NCBI GenBank assembly: GCA_002633005.1
Contig: NMRA01000392.1
Coordinates: 314,279-378,278 of the forward strand
Direction: 5' to 3'
Length of the DNA: 64,000 bases
DNA from: Phoronis australis
Lineage: Eukaryota; Animalia; Phoronida
A model generated the notes under the pieces. That model saw only the letters and a program-made list of their open reading frames with translations, did not search any database and had not been told where the DNA came from. Position numbers and translations under genes: made by a program. Numbering within the stretch: position 1 is the stretch's first letter; every line of letters begins with the position of its first letter. Shown here piece by piece: positions 14,564-26,743 of this stretch.

Positions 14564-17500
14564 TAGACCAGGTACTGATGTAAAAATTGTCTCGACTTTT
14601 TTAAATATAATTAGAAGGAATTTTTAGGCTTGGAAAGAACTGGCAGTTTATTACCGTTGCTTCAATCAGCCATTTTATAATGGAAAATGGTCATTTTTTG
14701 GGAAATAAATTAAAGAATTGTACTCGTAAAGAACTGTTAGTTCTTTATGACCCCAGAAATCACTTTCCCGTCTGAGTTTTGAACAAGTTTACAGCAGGAA
14801 CTGGTCCTAAAGACCTAGTTAAGCACGCGTTTTTAACCCTTAGATGGGTAGAACACATTATAATGCAGCCAGCAGTCTCCAGGTTAATCCTAACCAAATT
14901 CATAGACAAAAATTCCATTAAAATTCTTACTTGTAACGAACTTGAGCCAAGTATCTGATTGTTGGCCATTTTAGATTTGCCACTATAAGTCAGAAGTGAG
15001 ATTGATAACACGACTGTCTATTCGACCATGGGCTAAGGGTGTTTAGAGGGAGTAAGTTATAGTATAAAAAAATAACAAAAAACACGCTATAGAAGAATAA
15101 CTGAGTAAAATTGCTATACAGAAAGGATATTCTGAAAACTTTCAAAAATATTGAAAATAAATTTAGACAGGAAAAATCTAAGATACCGGTGGTTTCCTGC
15201 GAGTTTTTGGTAGTTGACGGCAAACAATGAGCAACAGCCTATTTCTTATAGGATACCTACTGGTGACGAAATAACTTCACAAAGAAAACTTGGTATGTTG
15301 CGGAATAGTATGATATAATTATTAATGAGTAAATAAAAGGAAGAATTTTCTTTTGGCCTAAAGCATTCGTATAAGCTACTACCGGAGTACGGCCACCTTG
15401 CCGCGGACATCACTTTTCCGTGGCGCAGGATGAACACATTAATTAAGTCCAAGGGCCTTGAATAGTTGAAATTCGTTTGACCAAGGGATTTAAAAAATTG
15501 TGTCGTGATCCTAACGCTACAATATTTTTTCATCGCCAACATTCAACTCATTTCGTTTGGTAAATGGCTTTCTTTTAAAGAAACAATATTTTCTGGTTTT
15601 CAGACGGATTCGACGTATTTTGCACCATCTAGTGGCCAATTTGATGCTACAAATAAACAACCCTAAAAGTACCTATCCTAAGTGTGACTAACTTGTTTTG
15701 TAACTTTTGTTAATTGTGGCTCCCCATTCTTTCCTAAGTTGCTTGCCCATTAGAGGCGAAACTTTGTTTTTACTGAAGTTTCGGTAAGTGGGAAAGGTTA
15801 ACTCCGCGAGTGGAACTTCGCTGAAAATAATAGGATTTAAAAGTGAAGCTTTGGTACTCGCCAAAACTTCAGTGTAGTGGGAACAGTCAAAGCGAAGCTT
15901 CGTTGTAGTTATTGATAGCGGTCGTGGCAATGATGTACAATCACGTGTTAAGACTCGCAAAATGTGTTCTTTGTTATTGTAGCATAGCCGATGTGCTATC
16001 AATACAAGTACTTGAATAAAAGAAAGCATATCTGAAGAATGACACTGATCATTTTCATGAACACTGAGAAAGGGCAAGAGAACAATTTTCAGTTAGCCTA
16101 GAACCCACTACTCAATAATAGTCGTCTGGTATCTTAGCGATAACATTGATATTGCTGTCTAGTCGGATGGTAAGCGATGTTTCGACAAAGTTTCAGTAAA
16201 CCGAAGTTTCCCTATGGGAAAGCGCCTATAGACATGGCAATATGAGTGAATTGTGAATTGCTTCTTCATTATTTTCATGCTGCCTTGATTGGTTTGTAAT
16301 TGTGCATGATTAAACAGGTTTTCTGACAGCAATGCAGGCCAGCATCCATTTGACAAGTTATTATCCCCTTTAGTCAATGTCCAGTGGAAGTTTAACGCCA
16401 TCCCTGTCTCCTATTCTCCTTAAACTTTAATTACCTTCACCTGGCACCTTATCTTGCTAGAGCACCTTATAACGCACACCTGCTTATACTCCTGTGATAA
16501 GTTTGAGAAAGGGACATCTTTCTTTAATCGCTTATGTTTCGCCCACCACATGATTGGGTGGCCGTCATGGTGTCTTGAGTTTTTCCACTTATAGTGTTTG
16601 CTTTTTTATTAAAACAATTATTCAGATATAGACATGTGAAAAAGTTGTGTGTGTGCGAAACACTTAAGTAAAGCTGAGGAGCACATGTTATGTTATGTTA
16701 GTGAAACCTGACATATTTGTTACAAAATGGTGACCATTGATGTGTATTCATTTTAACACAAAATATTAAGAATAGGTAGAAAACATGAATTGCACCCAGT
16801 TTAACACATGCACGAATGCAAGGTATAGTCACCTGCACTCATTAATGCAACATGTACTTTATGCATAACACTTGGTTAAAGACTTGTGTTTGTTACAACA
16901 TTATTTTGGATATAGGCACTTAGGTCTAAATACTTGCATGTACAGTACTGGTGATCAGTGCAATGGGCCCACCAGAGCGACTTGTGCATGTCTGGTACAA
17001 TGCCTCAGTGCAATTATTTTTTACGGTACTGGTTTTAGATAAAAAATGTCATAAATCATTATTCCTGAGTACTTTTATGTGTGATAATATTCTGATAAAT
17101 TTCTTGGTCAAGAATTGGTTCAAACTAAGAATTTGCCTCCTTGCTCTTTATTTAATGTCATAAAACCAGGAAGCCAGAATTTCTAAACTCAAAATTGTAG
17201 CTTGATTTCTTAATAAAATATTAACTCATAAAGTAACAGTCATTCAAAAATCTGCTTCATAACTGATTTAGAAATTTTTTTCAAAGGCTTTGACGTTGTT
17301 GTGAATGCCTTCAGTTTTTCAAAACCTTATCTGATAGCAGCTGTGGTACCAAATGTGAACATGGAGAAGCATTCAGTTTTGTGCAGAATGTGTTTCATAG
17401 TATATTGCTGAGATTGTACGGTATTTGTCTCCTCATAACTTCAAATATTGACCTTTCTTTATGCCCATTTTAGTATTTCATCCAGATCTTAATGTGCTAT

Positions 17501-18779
17501 GCTCAAAATATGAAATAATTGTGCAGTCTCTTAATAAAGCACAGATGTATCTGTTACCTTAATTTGCAAAAAATTTAAGATTACATGGGCATGGGCGTTG
17601 ACCCGCGACTTTACAGTAAAACTTTTGTTTGTGTTGTCATGCCTTGTTAAAACTTGGCTTTATAGAAAACATTTTATTGTGCCAATGGTGTTTTTCATGC
17701 GTTTTCAAGGACATTTATCCTTGTCATCAGTGAAGTCTCATCATCATTAATTATTCAGAACAAATTGACCAATTATCTGCTTATGAAGAGAAGAATGGAG
17801 TGATGAAGACTTCTTCTGTTCCTCCCACTTTGGGAAGAGTCCATTTTGAGGGGTCACTTGTTGATGTCTACTTGTAAAATTGCTGCGATTTGTTGTGAAT
17901 TTTCACTCAAATGTAAGTTTAGTTGACTTTCACAGGTAGCACAATCCCTGAAATGTAGTTGAGGAGTCTCCCATATAAATACTCTCACATTCATTGCTCT
18001 TTTGAAGTAGTGTAGTTATGAAATTTAAACTTGTTGCTTTTCATTTTTCCTTTGATGATTGTATAGGCTATAAATGATGAATCCATACTGTACTATTTCA
18101 ACATATGGTGTTAAGAAAATTTCCTTGTTTTAGAAATATATTTGTGAACAATTAGTTAACAGATGACTTAGTTGGGTGAACTCAGTTTATTTGGAACCCC
18201 TTGGTGACTTAGACTCTTCCATAAATAGATGGCTTATTATAACCCTACATGGTATTTGAAAATATTCTTCCATATCTCAGCTAATCTGATCAAATCTACT
18301 CACAAGGTAAGATCTGAGTCACTGTTAGACAATGTAGTGTTTTATTGCCATTATTAAAACCCAGGTATCTGTTACTTCCTAGTAACAGTTTGTATGGTGA
18401 GGATTAAGACTTTAACAAGATTAAGCCTTTTGTTGTGTTGATAAGTTCCTGATCATGCTGGACTTGTCATAAGCCTGTTGGAACAACTCTCATCTCAACT
18501 CTTGTTGGGTGAGTAATTTTGATGCTCTATTTTTTCTGTGTTTTAAGTGAGCACTATGCTTTTTCTTTTAAGATATGTTACAAATGTTATCAAAGTTTTT
18601 TAATATCTCATCTTGTTTAATGTAGAAAACTACTTATGGTTATGTATCACCTTATCCACCTGTGTATTTATCCAAATATCTATAAAGACATAGATTTTGA
18701 CTGAGTGAAAGACTTAGTATAATTTATCTGAAAGTACAAAGATTGTAGAATGTGATTTTTGACTTTATACCAATCTGCC

Positions 18780-19170
18780 ATGATTCGGGTCACATGACCA
18801 TGTGTTTTAGTAAAATTTAGCAAAAAAGAACGCTTCATGCATAGTAAAACAATGGTAACACTAACATGACCAAATTTTGTTAAATGTTCAAGATTGTTCT
18901 AGAAATTGATCATGTTACAATTTTCTAAATTAAAATTTGGTTTTCGTTTTCTGCGACTTTAAATTTTTTTCAAGAAATCATAAAGATGTCCTATTTTTTA
19001 CATCCTCCCATACAAAAGCGATACATTTTAAAAACAATCCCTAACAGTGTTTTGACAAACAGTGCATAGAAACTCAAACTTTTATACTGTGTAATCTAAT
19101 CAGCCATTTCTGATATACAGTGTCCCGAACTTAGCCAAATTTGGACATTTTTCTAGAGTCCAAGTAACTT
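18780..19170. repeat. Dispersed repeat family (related pieces at about 12110-12435 and, inverted, at about 56740-57075)
   Basis: Shared motifs acatgaccaaattt / aaatttggtcatgt and aatct(a/g)atca...tttctga(t/g)atac..tgt.cc.aa.tt.gccaaa. Confidence 0.5.
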
Positions 19171-22100
19171 TACAATCATTTTTCTGCATGAACAATTAGT
19201 AACAAACTTTGTTTATGATATAAGAAAGATCTTGTACATTTTGGTAAATTGCATATTCTTTTATTTTTCTTGTTTTTTGTTTTGTAAGTCGATTAAGTTG
19301 TAGCAGACACTAATTTCCTTTCATTTTCTTAACAAAAACATATTGGATAGAAACAGAAATTTAATTATAGCAAACCAGATGTGCACATGGTAATATTTTA
19401 CTAATGGTAATATTTTACTAATTTCGGACAAAAGTAATTGCCAAAATTGACATTCTTTCATCTTTTAATGGCTTCTAACATTGTGAATGCCCACAGTTTC
19501 TTGTAACATTGACTGAAAGCAGCAACTTTAAAGCATTTATTTGAAATAATGGAATAATTAAAATTTCACTTGTCTGCCATACTGCGTCCTAAAGTTAGAG
19601 ATTTTTGTATGTTTCCTTATTTGCGGCATCTTAATGTATTGTGAAAATCAGCAAGCTTTGACACTGTTGTAAACATCTTGTAGATTGTCTGTTTTTTTCA
19701 AAATATGCATTCAAAACTGTGTTAATATCGGTTGATACTTAGCTCAAATTTTTCTTTAGTGTATTGAAAATATCAGTTTTTGGTTAATTGTAACAAGTGG
19801 AAGGATTAGCAATGTAAAATGTTCATTTTCCAGTTAATAACTTGGTTCATGTAAACACAATTGCACAGTTATTACTTCAGCCAGTGTTGTTTTATTATAT
19901 ATTGTTTAAAACATAAAATAATTTCTGTTATGTTGTTTGGTTATCTTTATTATAAACTGATTCTCACTTGTCAATGTGATGTCACACCAACTTGTTGGTC
20001 GCTCAGCCATCTTTCACTGATTGCCTGTCTCATATCAATAAGCGCACCTAACAAATGTCTTGAGTGTTTACTGTTACTTGCTGGAAACTGGGTCTGCCTA
20101 CTTGTGAAGTTCATGGGAAACCAGTTCAATTATCTTATCATGCTGTCTTACACGCGGTACTGTAGTTTTCAAAATAAACTGGACAATGTCAAAATTCAAC
20201 AATTTTGGCACTCAAAATTGTTTCTAAATGTCCATTCCTTTTCATCTAAAATCCGTATCAATTCTGACTAAATTTCAACAAAATTTCGACTGGTGGTGTT
20301 CCCTACACATTATTGAAATACCCGCAATTGACTGTAGTGTGCAAGTTCATCAATAAACAATTAGTGGCTAGGCCCAATAACATCACATTAAACTCCAACA
20401 AAAGTTTGACAAAAATGCTATTTTATTGTAATAAATTTTCGAGGAAATTACCAAATTGTTCTGGCTACAGGAAGTTTATTCAAGTTCTGTTGAAGTCTGT
20501 CCAGTTCATTTTGAAAACTCTGTTCAGTTTTAAAGACACGTGTTGTAAGGAGTTAAACCACCTGCTCTTTGGTTTTATGATGCAAGAGATGGTTGCTTTA
20601 TAGGTGGTAACTTATAAAATCACTATTAATTGACTGTGCTGTATAATGTTAAATTCAGCACTATTTTCTCTTATGTTTGCCCTGCTATATTTTTAACTGA
20701 TGTCAGAAAGTAGATTTTGGTAATGAAATCGCTTTTGTTACATTAAAAACAGTGACAAGCATATGTTCGAAGGTAGACATTTGAAAAGAAGACATTACTG
20801 TAAGGAAGATATTATGTTTAGACTTGTAAAGACTGAAATGTTTGATTTAAGTGTTTGTCCATTAAACACAATGTGCTTATCCCAGCTTGATGCAAGGCAA
20901 TTAAGGCATAGTTGGCATTCATAATAGGTTACATAAACCTGGCTCTTAGTTCAAAAGTCAGTCACCTTAATTTTTCTTGAAGGCTCTGAACCAAGACAAA
21001 TTTAGTGATTTGGGGCTTGAATGTACACTTAATACCTACATCTGTTTCTAGTAATGATGAATGAAATCAATAAAAGCGTATAATTCTGGTATTCGATTAC
21101 CTGACGAGTTACTACTTGTTCAGTTTATTTTTGTAAAATAACAAAAGTTATGTTGTTGAATTTCTTCCTTGGTCTTCTTGCTACATGTTTTAAAATTCAT
21201 GAAATTCCACTTACTCTGTGTATTAAACAGACCTTCTCTCTGATTGTTCATCGTGTGTTTTATTTAAGTAATCATCATGTATTAATGTATCACCATGGTT
21301 AATAATTTTTCAGTGTTCATGTTATAGGGGTGTATGTGTGCTTGAGTATATGAATGTAAACCTTGAACTACCAAGTAAATATGTGTAACTGTTATTAACA
21401 GGCATGCCTACCTATAATTGATTGTGAAGTACTCTCTCCAAAGGCAATACTGACACCTTATTAGCATCCTCATCATTGGGGGCTCTTATCTTTCTAAAGT
21501 AGTTTTAGATTTCCCTTTGTCAAATTGCAACTTTTGAATTGATGCAGTCGATAAAAATTTCGTTTAAAGTTATGCCTGTGTTGTCAATGAAGATGACGAT
21601 AAAAATTGTAATTATATAGTTTCATGTTTAGTTAGCCAAAATTCTGTGGTTCAACTCTTATTTACTTTAGTTTCTAGTGCCATTTCTTAATGTTTTAGAT
21701 TAACAATTTATTCTAATAGCATGAACAACAGCATTTAGTCTAAATGCTTTAACACATTTAGCCATGGTGTGTAATGAGGTTTAACATGTGTGTCTGAATA
21801 TCTCCTAAGTCTGTGTCTTTGATGTTAAAGTGGCATTAGGAGTCGATCTTAGTATTAATTGCTTAATCTCACAGCACACATCTTTATTGATACTTTTTGC
21901 CTAGAACAATAATTGCTGTGTTTGTCCAAGGTCCTTTGCGTAAGTCTTCCTATTGATTTACAGTGCATGCTTTCTTTGCCGTTTTCATATGGCAAAAAAC
22001 ATCGTCCCATATTTCTTGGTATTTTTAATCAATACCTTTTTGTTAGATTGGCCGTGGAGTTATTTATTCAGGCAAACTGTTTCAATAAGTTCTTAGTGTT

Positions 22101-22883
22101 AATTATGGGCGACACGTTTCCATGTGTTGGCCATCGTATTGCATATCTTAATTGTATCTGCACATTTGTTGCAAAGATGGCTCTCATTTATTCAGCCGAT
22201 GATCATGTAAATAAAGACGACAAAATATTGATGAAAAGGACAAAAGTTATTGTCAGCCCAATCAATATTTGCCGTGACGAAGGTTGGCTTTTCTTATCTT
22301 ATGCAAGCAGGTAACATTTGCCCAAGCGACTGACAATGCCAACGTGTGCCGACTCAAATATCTTTAAGATTAATAATATATCTGCCACTTTGGCTCAGAT
22401 GTTACACCAAGTAATTGGTTGCGTGTCTTCTAAAATACCACCTCTTGTTTTGCCCCTGTAACAGGTGGTCAGGCGATTTCCATATTTCTTGTCGCCGATA
22501 CTCATCATTAATATCTTAGTAACCAAGACAGCTTGCTCGTAAGTGTCTCTTAATATGTAACATCACAGGTTTGCCTTCACGGAAATAACGTCAGTGTGTG
22601 TTTTATTTGTAATAAAGTAATTGTAATCAGATTACTAACTCTACTATAAAGTATTTGAAAGGAATGAAAAACCAATTACTTTCTGCTGTTATGGTTTTCT
22701 TCTTTAGGTTTTAAAAATTTTTCAAGAATTTCTATGAGTAAGTGTATTGTTTAAAGTAGTTAATTTCCCATGTGCATTTATTCAGACGGTGACTGGGCTG
22801 TGTGCCACATTCTGAGTGAAAATAGGTTGTGTATTTCATATGTAATTTTGGTTGTGTGGAAAACAAATGTGACTTTCTGTTAA

Positions 22884-23247
22884 AGTGCTGTCCACACACA
22901 GACTTACCATAGAACAATTTACTCCTGGAAGGAGTTGCCGCTAGGTTTGAGGGCTGTCTGGACGCTATTTAAACTAGAGCAACATGTGACAACTTACTCT
23001 ACCTTATTGAGGTAGGGTAACTTGTTCTAAGGGTAACTTGTGTGGCAAGGCGTAAGCGGTTACATGCAGACACTTCTTTTGCACCCCATATTTGTATGGT
23101 AGTTGTTCATTACCATGCTTAAGAGCAACAACTTCCACCCTACCATAGTTATTGGATATGTGTTTGTGTGTGGATGCTCTACTTAAAAGTAGCGTAAGTT
23201 GCATTAGTGTATGTTTTTTCTAAGGTAGGCTAAGTGTGGACGGGACT
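22884..23247. mobile_element. PIF/Harbinger-like MITE
   Basis: TAA|AGTGCTGTCCACAC ... GTGTGGACGGGACT|TTA; a second copy lies at about 29923-30280. Confidence 0.65.
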
Positions 23248-25085
23248 TTAGTGGCGGGGCAGCTTACCAAGATCCTAGGATACAATTCTGAGGTGGTCAC
23301 TTTTGTCATTCTCCAACATTTAAATCTCAATTTCTCACCAGAACTCCTGATATTTCACTTCTAAAATTAGTCCACTATGCCCTCAAGTGTCACAATTTAC
23401 TGTTGAGTTGATATTCTGTCTGACAATTTACTATCTTGTATTTGTTTACTTTGGGCCAATGGCTGTATGTTTATATATCAATAAAATCTCATAAAACCAA
23501 TGATTTTGCTCATTGAAAACATTTTACTTCTTCTGAAAACCGGTTGCTGTTAGTTGCAGCCATCACAATAGATACCCTTGTTGCTTTTTATGATGATGTA
23601 ACTTGACATTTTTCCTGTGCACTAAGTGCCTATTCTGGTTGTGTTGTTCATGCAGTCTTCTATATAAACAATGTATGTCTGTCTGTGGTGACATTGTTTG
23701 TCTCTATCCCACAAGTAGCTTGTAAGCATTCTCTCCAGTCCTTCTGTTACACTAAGTGGTGTCTGTTATTACATTGTACATTATGATATAAATCTAATCA
23801 TATTACTTTCATAAACCAGCCAGAGATGCGTTACACGGAGTTTAATTGTCTTCTTTTCTCTAAATGAGCTCGAGCCTTCTGGTTAATTGAATTGTTTTTT
23901 ACTTCTGAACAAGGCAGCTTCCCATTACTGGGTCTGTGACACAAGGTTTACTTTTCGAAATTAGATTGCTAGTTTCTTTGATATCTTACCTGATATTAAA
24001 TGATGAAATCTCCATGAGGCACATGTGCTTGATTACAAATTAATTTGTGGATTTCTGTTTTTAATTCGGACCTGTCTTTCTAATGAATATTTCTTATTAG
24101 ATGCGCTATTTGATTGATGATTGATTATATTTTCTGGAACATAAATGTGATTATAATACCTCTTTAATTGTGATTATATGATTTATCATGTACATCAACG
24201 AAAGGCTGGCCTGGGTCAACTCCAAATCTGCTATTTTTTAATTGTCAAAAATACACATTTCGTTTTGTGTCCTACTTTAGGTAAAATATTACGTTTGCGT
24301 CATGTGTAAAAAGACTTATTCCTCAGTACAACTGTACAGTTGCGTCCACATATCTGTCTTTTAAATGCCTGCTTTAGGCTAAACATCTATCCCAAATTTA
24401 AAGAAATTCTACTTATTCGGTAACAACGTTTGTTGCATTTGGTTCATCGCGCAACCTTTGGTTTTTCAGTTTCTTGATTTAAACAACCTGGGCATTATCC
24501 CGAATCGAATCAGTATGGTACTTAAATTTAAACATTTCAAGATAAGTTTTGCCTTCTTATGTGCTAGTTTACTGGAATGCTTGTGTTGAATTCAAACAGT
24601 TAGATAAACTACACTGTTCTAAACACGATGTAGATATTAATATTAGTGCACTCTATCAGGTCTTATCTGAGCACTACAGACCTAACATCTTAGGCCCATT
24701 GTTTCTCCAATCTAACTGCTTGGAAACAATGGGTTTTGCCAGTCTTATGATCTCATTCTTAGATAGGCAGGCAGCTTTATTACCTGTTGTTATCTGTTTG
24801 GCCGCTACTCTATCAGTCTGACCATATTCAGGTCCACTCGGCAGAGTGTTGTTAGTCCTTTTTCAGTCTTATGCTGGATTGGTTGAGGTAAAAGATGCAG
24901 ATAGTTGCCCCAGGAGAATCATGTCATCGAGTTAGTTTTAAGTTTTTCATCACCTGTAAAAGCGTTGTTGCTGGGTTTGACAAGTTCCAACGAAGATATA
25001 CTCTTGAAACAAATTTTAAATAAGGCTAGATTTGCAACTATGTTTTCAGTGTAAATAAATTCCTGGTTTTTCTTCTCATTTACAG

Positions 25086-26743
25086 GTTCCTTGAGAGAGA
25101 AAACTATGGAAGGACGCACAGAAAGCTGGCTGGATGCTGCTAGTGCATTTCAACCATTCTACGCCAATTCCAAAGAACTTCTGGAGAACAACTTCAAGGG
25201 TGGCGGCAACAGGTTCTCTCTCTTCAAACAACAGATGGAGCTACCAGATGGACGAGCAGATGTGCTGAAGGAAATCTTAAGAAACAAAGAAGCGCATGTT
25301 GCGAGCTTGACGAGTGAAAATGAGGAAAATGGACAAGTGTCTGGAAAGACATCTCCATGCTATGACAACAGAGAGTTTGACCGACAGAGTAGCACTTCCA
25401 GTATGGATGAAGACAGCGATCGTGATGAAGAATCAGAGAAGGGGTGTGATGGGAAAAAGGAAACGAACGAAGTCGAGCTCAAGAAGGCAAGAGTTGAGAA
25501 CATCATCACTAACATACAGCATTCACCACGGTCAAACGGTGAAACTCATAATGGTGCTGGCAGCAACGAGTCGCGTCGGAAGAAACGAAAACAGAATCAA
25601 CCGCAGCAGCATGAGTCGACAGTAACAGAAAGCAAGTACCTCAAGATGGATGAGAGGAATGCTGTGCAACAGCAGTTACGAGAGATGCAACAGCAGCTGT
25701 CGTGTATACAGAAGCGCTACAGCAAATTATTTGACGATGTTCATTCAGATGAGGAGCTCTTGTCCCCGCTTGTGTTAGAGGTCGACTCTAATGATAAAAC
25801 TTCCTCAGGGCAGCCTGAATCCCCAAAGACTGCCTGTAAGAATAATGCATCAGATATACAGTTGAACGTGAGTCAGCTGACCAGCGTGGAACTGCAAGAT
25901 CTTAACAAATCACTCAAATCTGAAATTGTAGCGGCAGTTGGCAGCGCTATTGATGCAGTGGTGAAAAAGTTCATTGAACGACCACAAGAGAAAGCAGAGC
26001 CCACCAAACCAGAAAAAGAATCTACACCAGAAATGAAATCTCCAAACCCTGTACTACCGCAGCAGACAGATCTGACCAAGAAAGCAATGCACAGCCCATT
26101 CGAGAGATTTGAAGAAGCTAGGAATCGAATGAGAACCAAAGTCTCTGACAAGCACTTGAACAACTACTTTGAGCACATGGCTGCTGCCCGCGCCTACCCA
26201 CTTGAGGTCCCTCTTCCTTTCCCTCGTTTCTTCAGCCCACCTTCTCTCTACTATCCTCATACTCAGGTGCCTTTGCCTCAGCCCCTAACACATACGCCTA
26301 AAGCCCCTGAACAGACCGAAGCCCTGTCGCTAGTCTGCCCTCCCAAAAAAAAGCGTACTAAAGTGACTGACACTCGATTGTCACCTCGGGCCGCACGTGC
26401 CTTGCTCCAAGAGCCAGTGCCCACCCGCACTTCTGATAGTGGCCAGCACTGCCCTACAGACATGTTCTCTCAAAGCATGCACACGTCGTTACCAACTAGC
26501 GTGGCGATCCCAAACCCCAGTCTCCAGCACTCTGACGTACTGGCCATGTACTCTCGTGGTGACTTCAGTATCTTGAATGACTCGACCTTGTCTTCACTAC
26601 ATCATTCACCCTCGATGGGCGAGAGGGGATCCCCAGGTGAGGCCAGGACACCATCAGATGGCGTCTCACTGTCATCCTACTTGAAGAAAGAAGACGACAG
26701 TTCGTCAAACGAGGGATCTTGCTTCACCAGTGCTGTAGGAACA
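25086..26743 (+). CDS. pros: Prospero/Prox homeobox transcription factor, large N-terminal coding exon
   Basis: Open frame of about 550 codons after the acceptor ttcttctcatttacag|G (25085/6). First ATG at 25106 is in strong context (ACTATGG). Prox-family motifs: LKKARVENII, RRKKRKQNQPQQH, Q-rich coiled coil, EQTEALSLV, KKKRTKVTDTRLSPR, LPTSVAIPNPSL. The exon ends in phase 0 at the U12 donor ATATCCTTT (26744). Upstream exons were not identified. Confidence 0.93.

Noticed and set aside
25314-26463. Overlapping and antisense ORFs within the large prospero exon
   Set aside because: Expected shadows of a GC-richer coding exon; no independent motifs.
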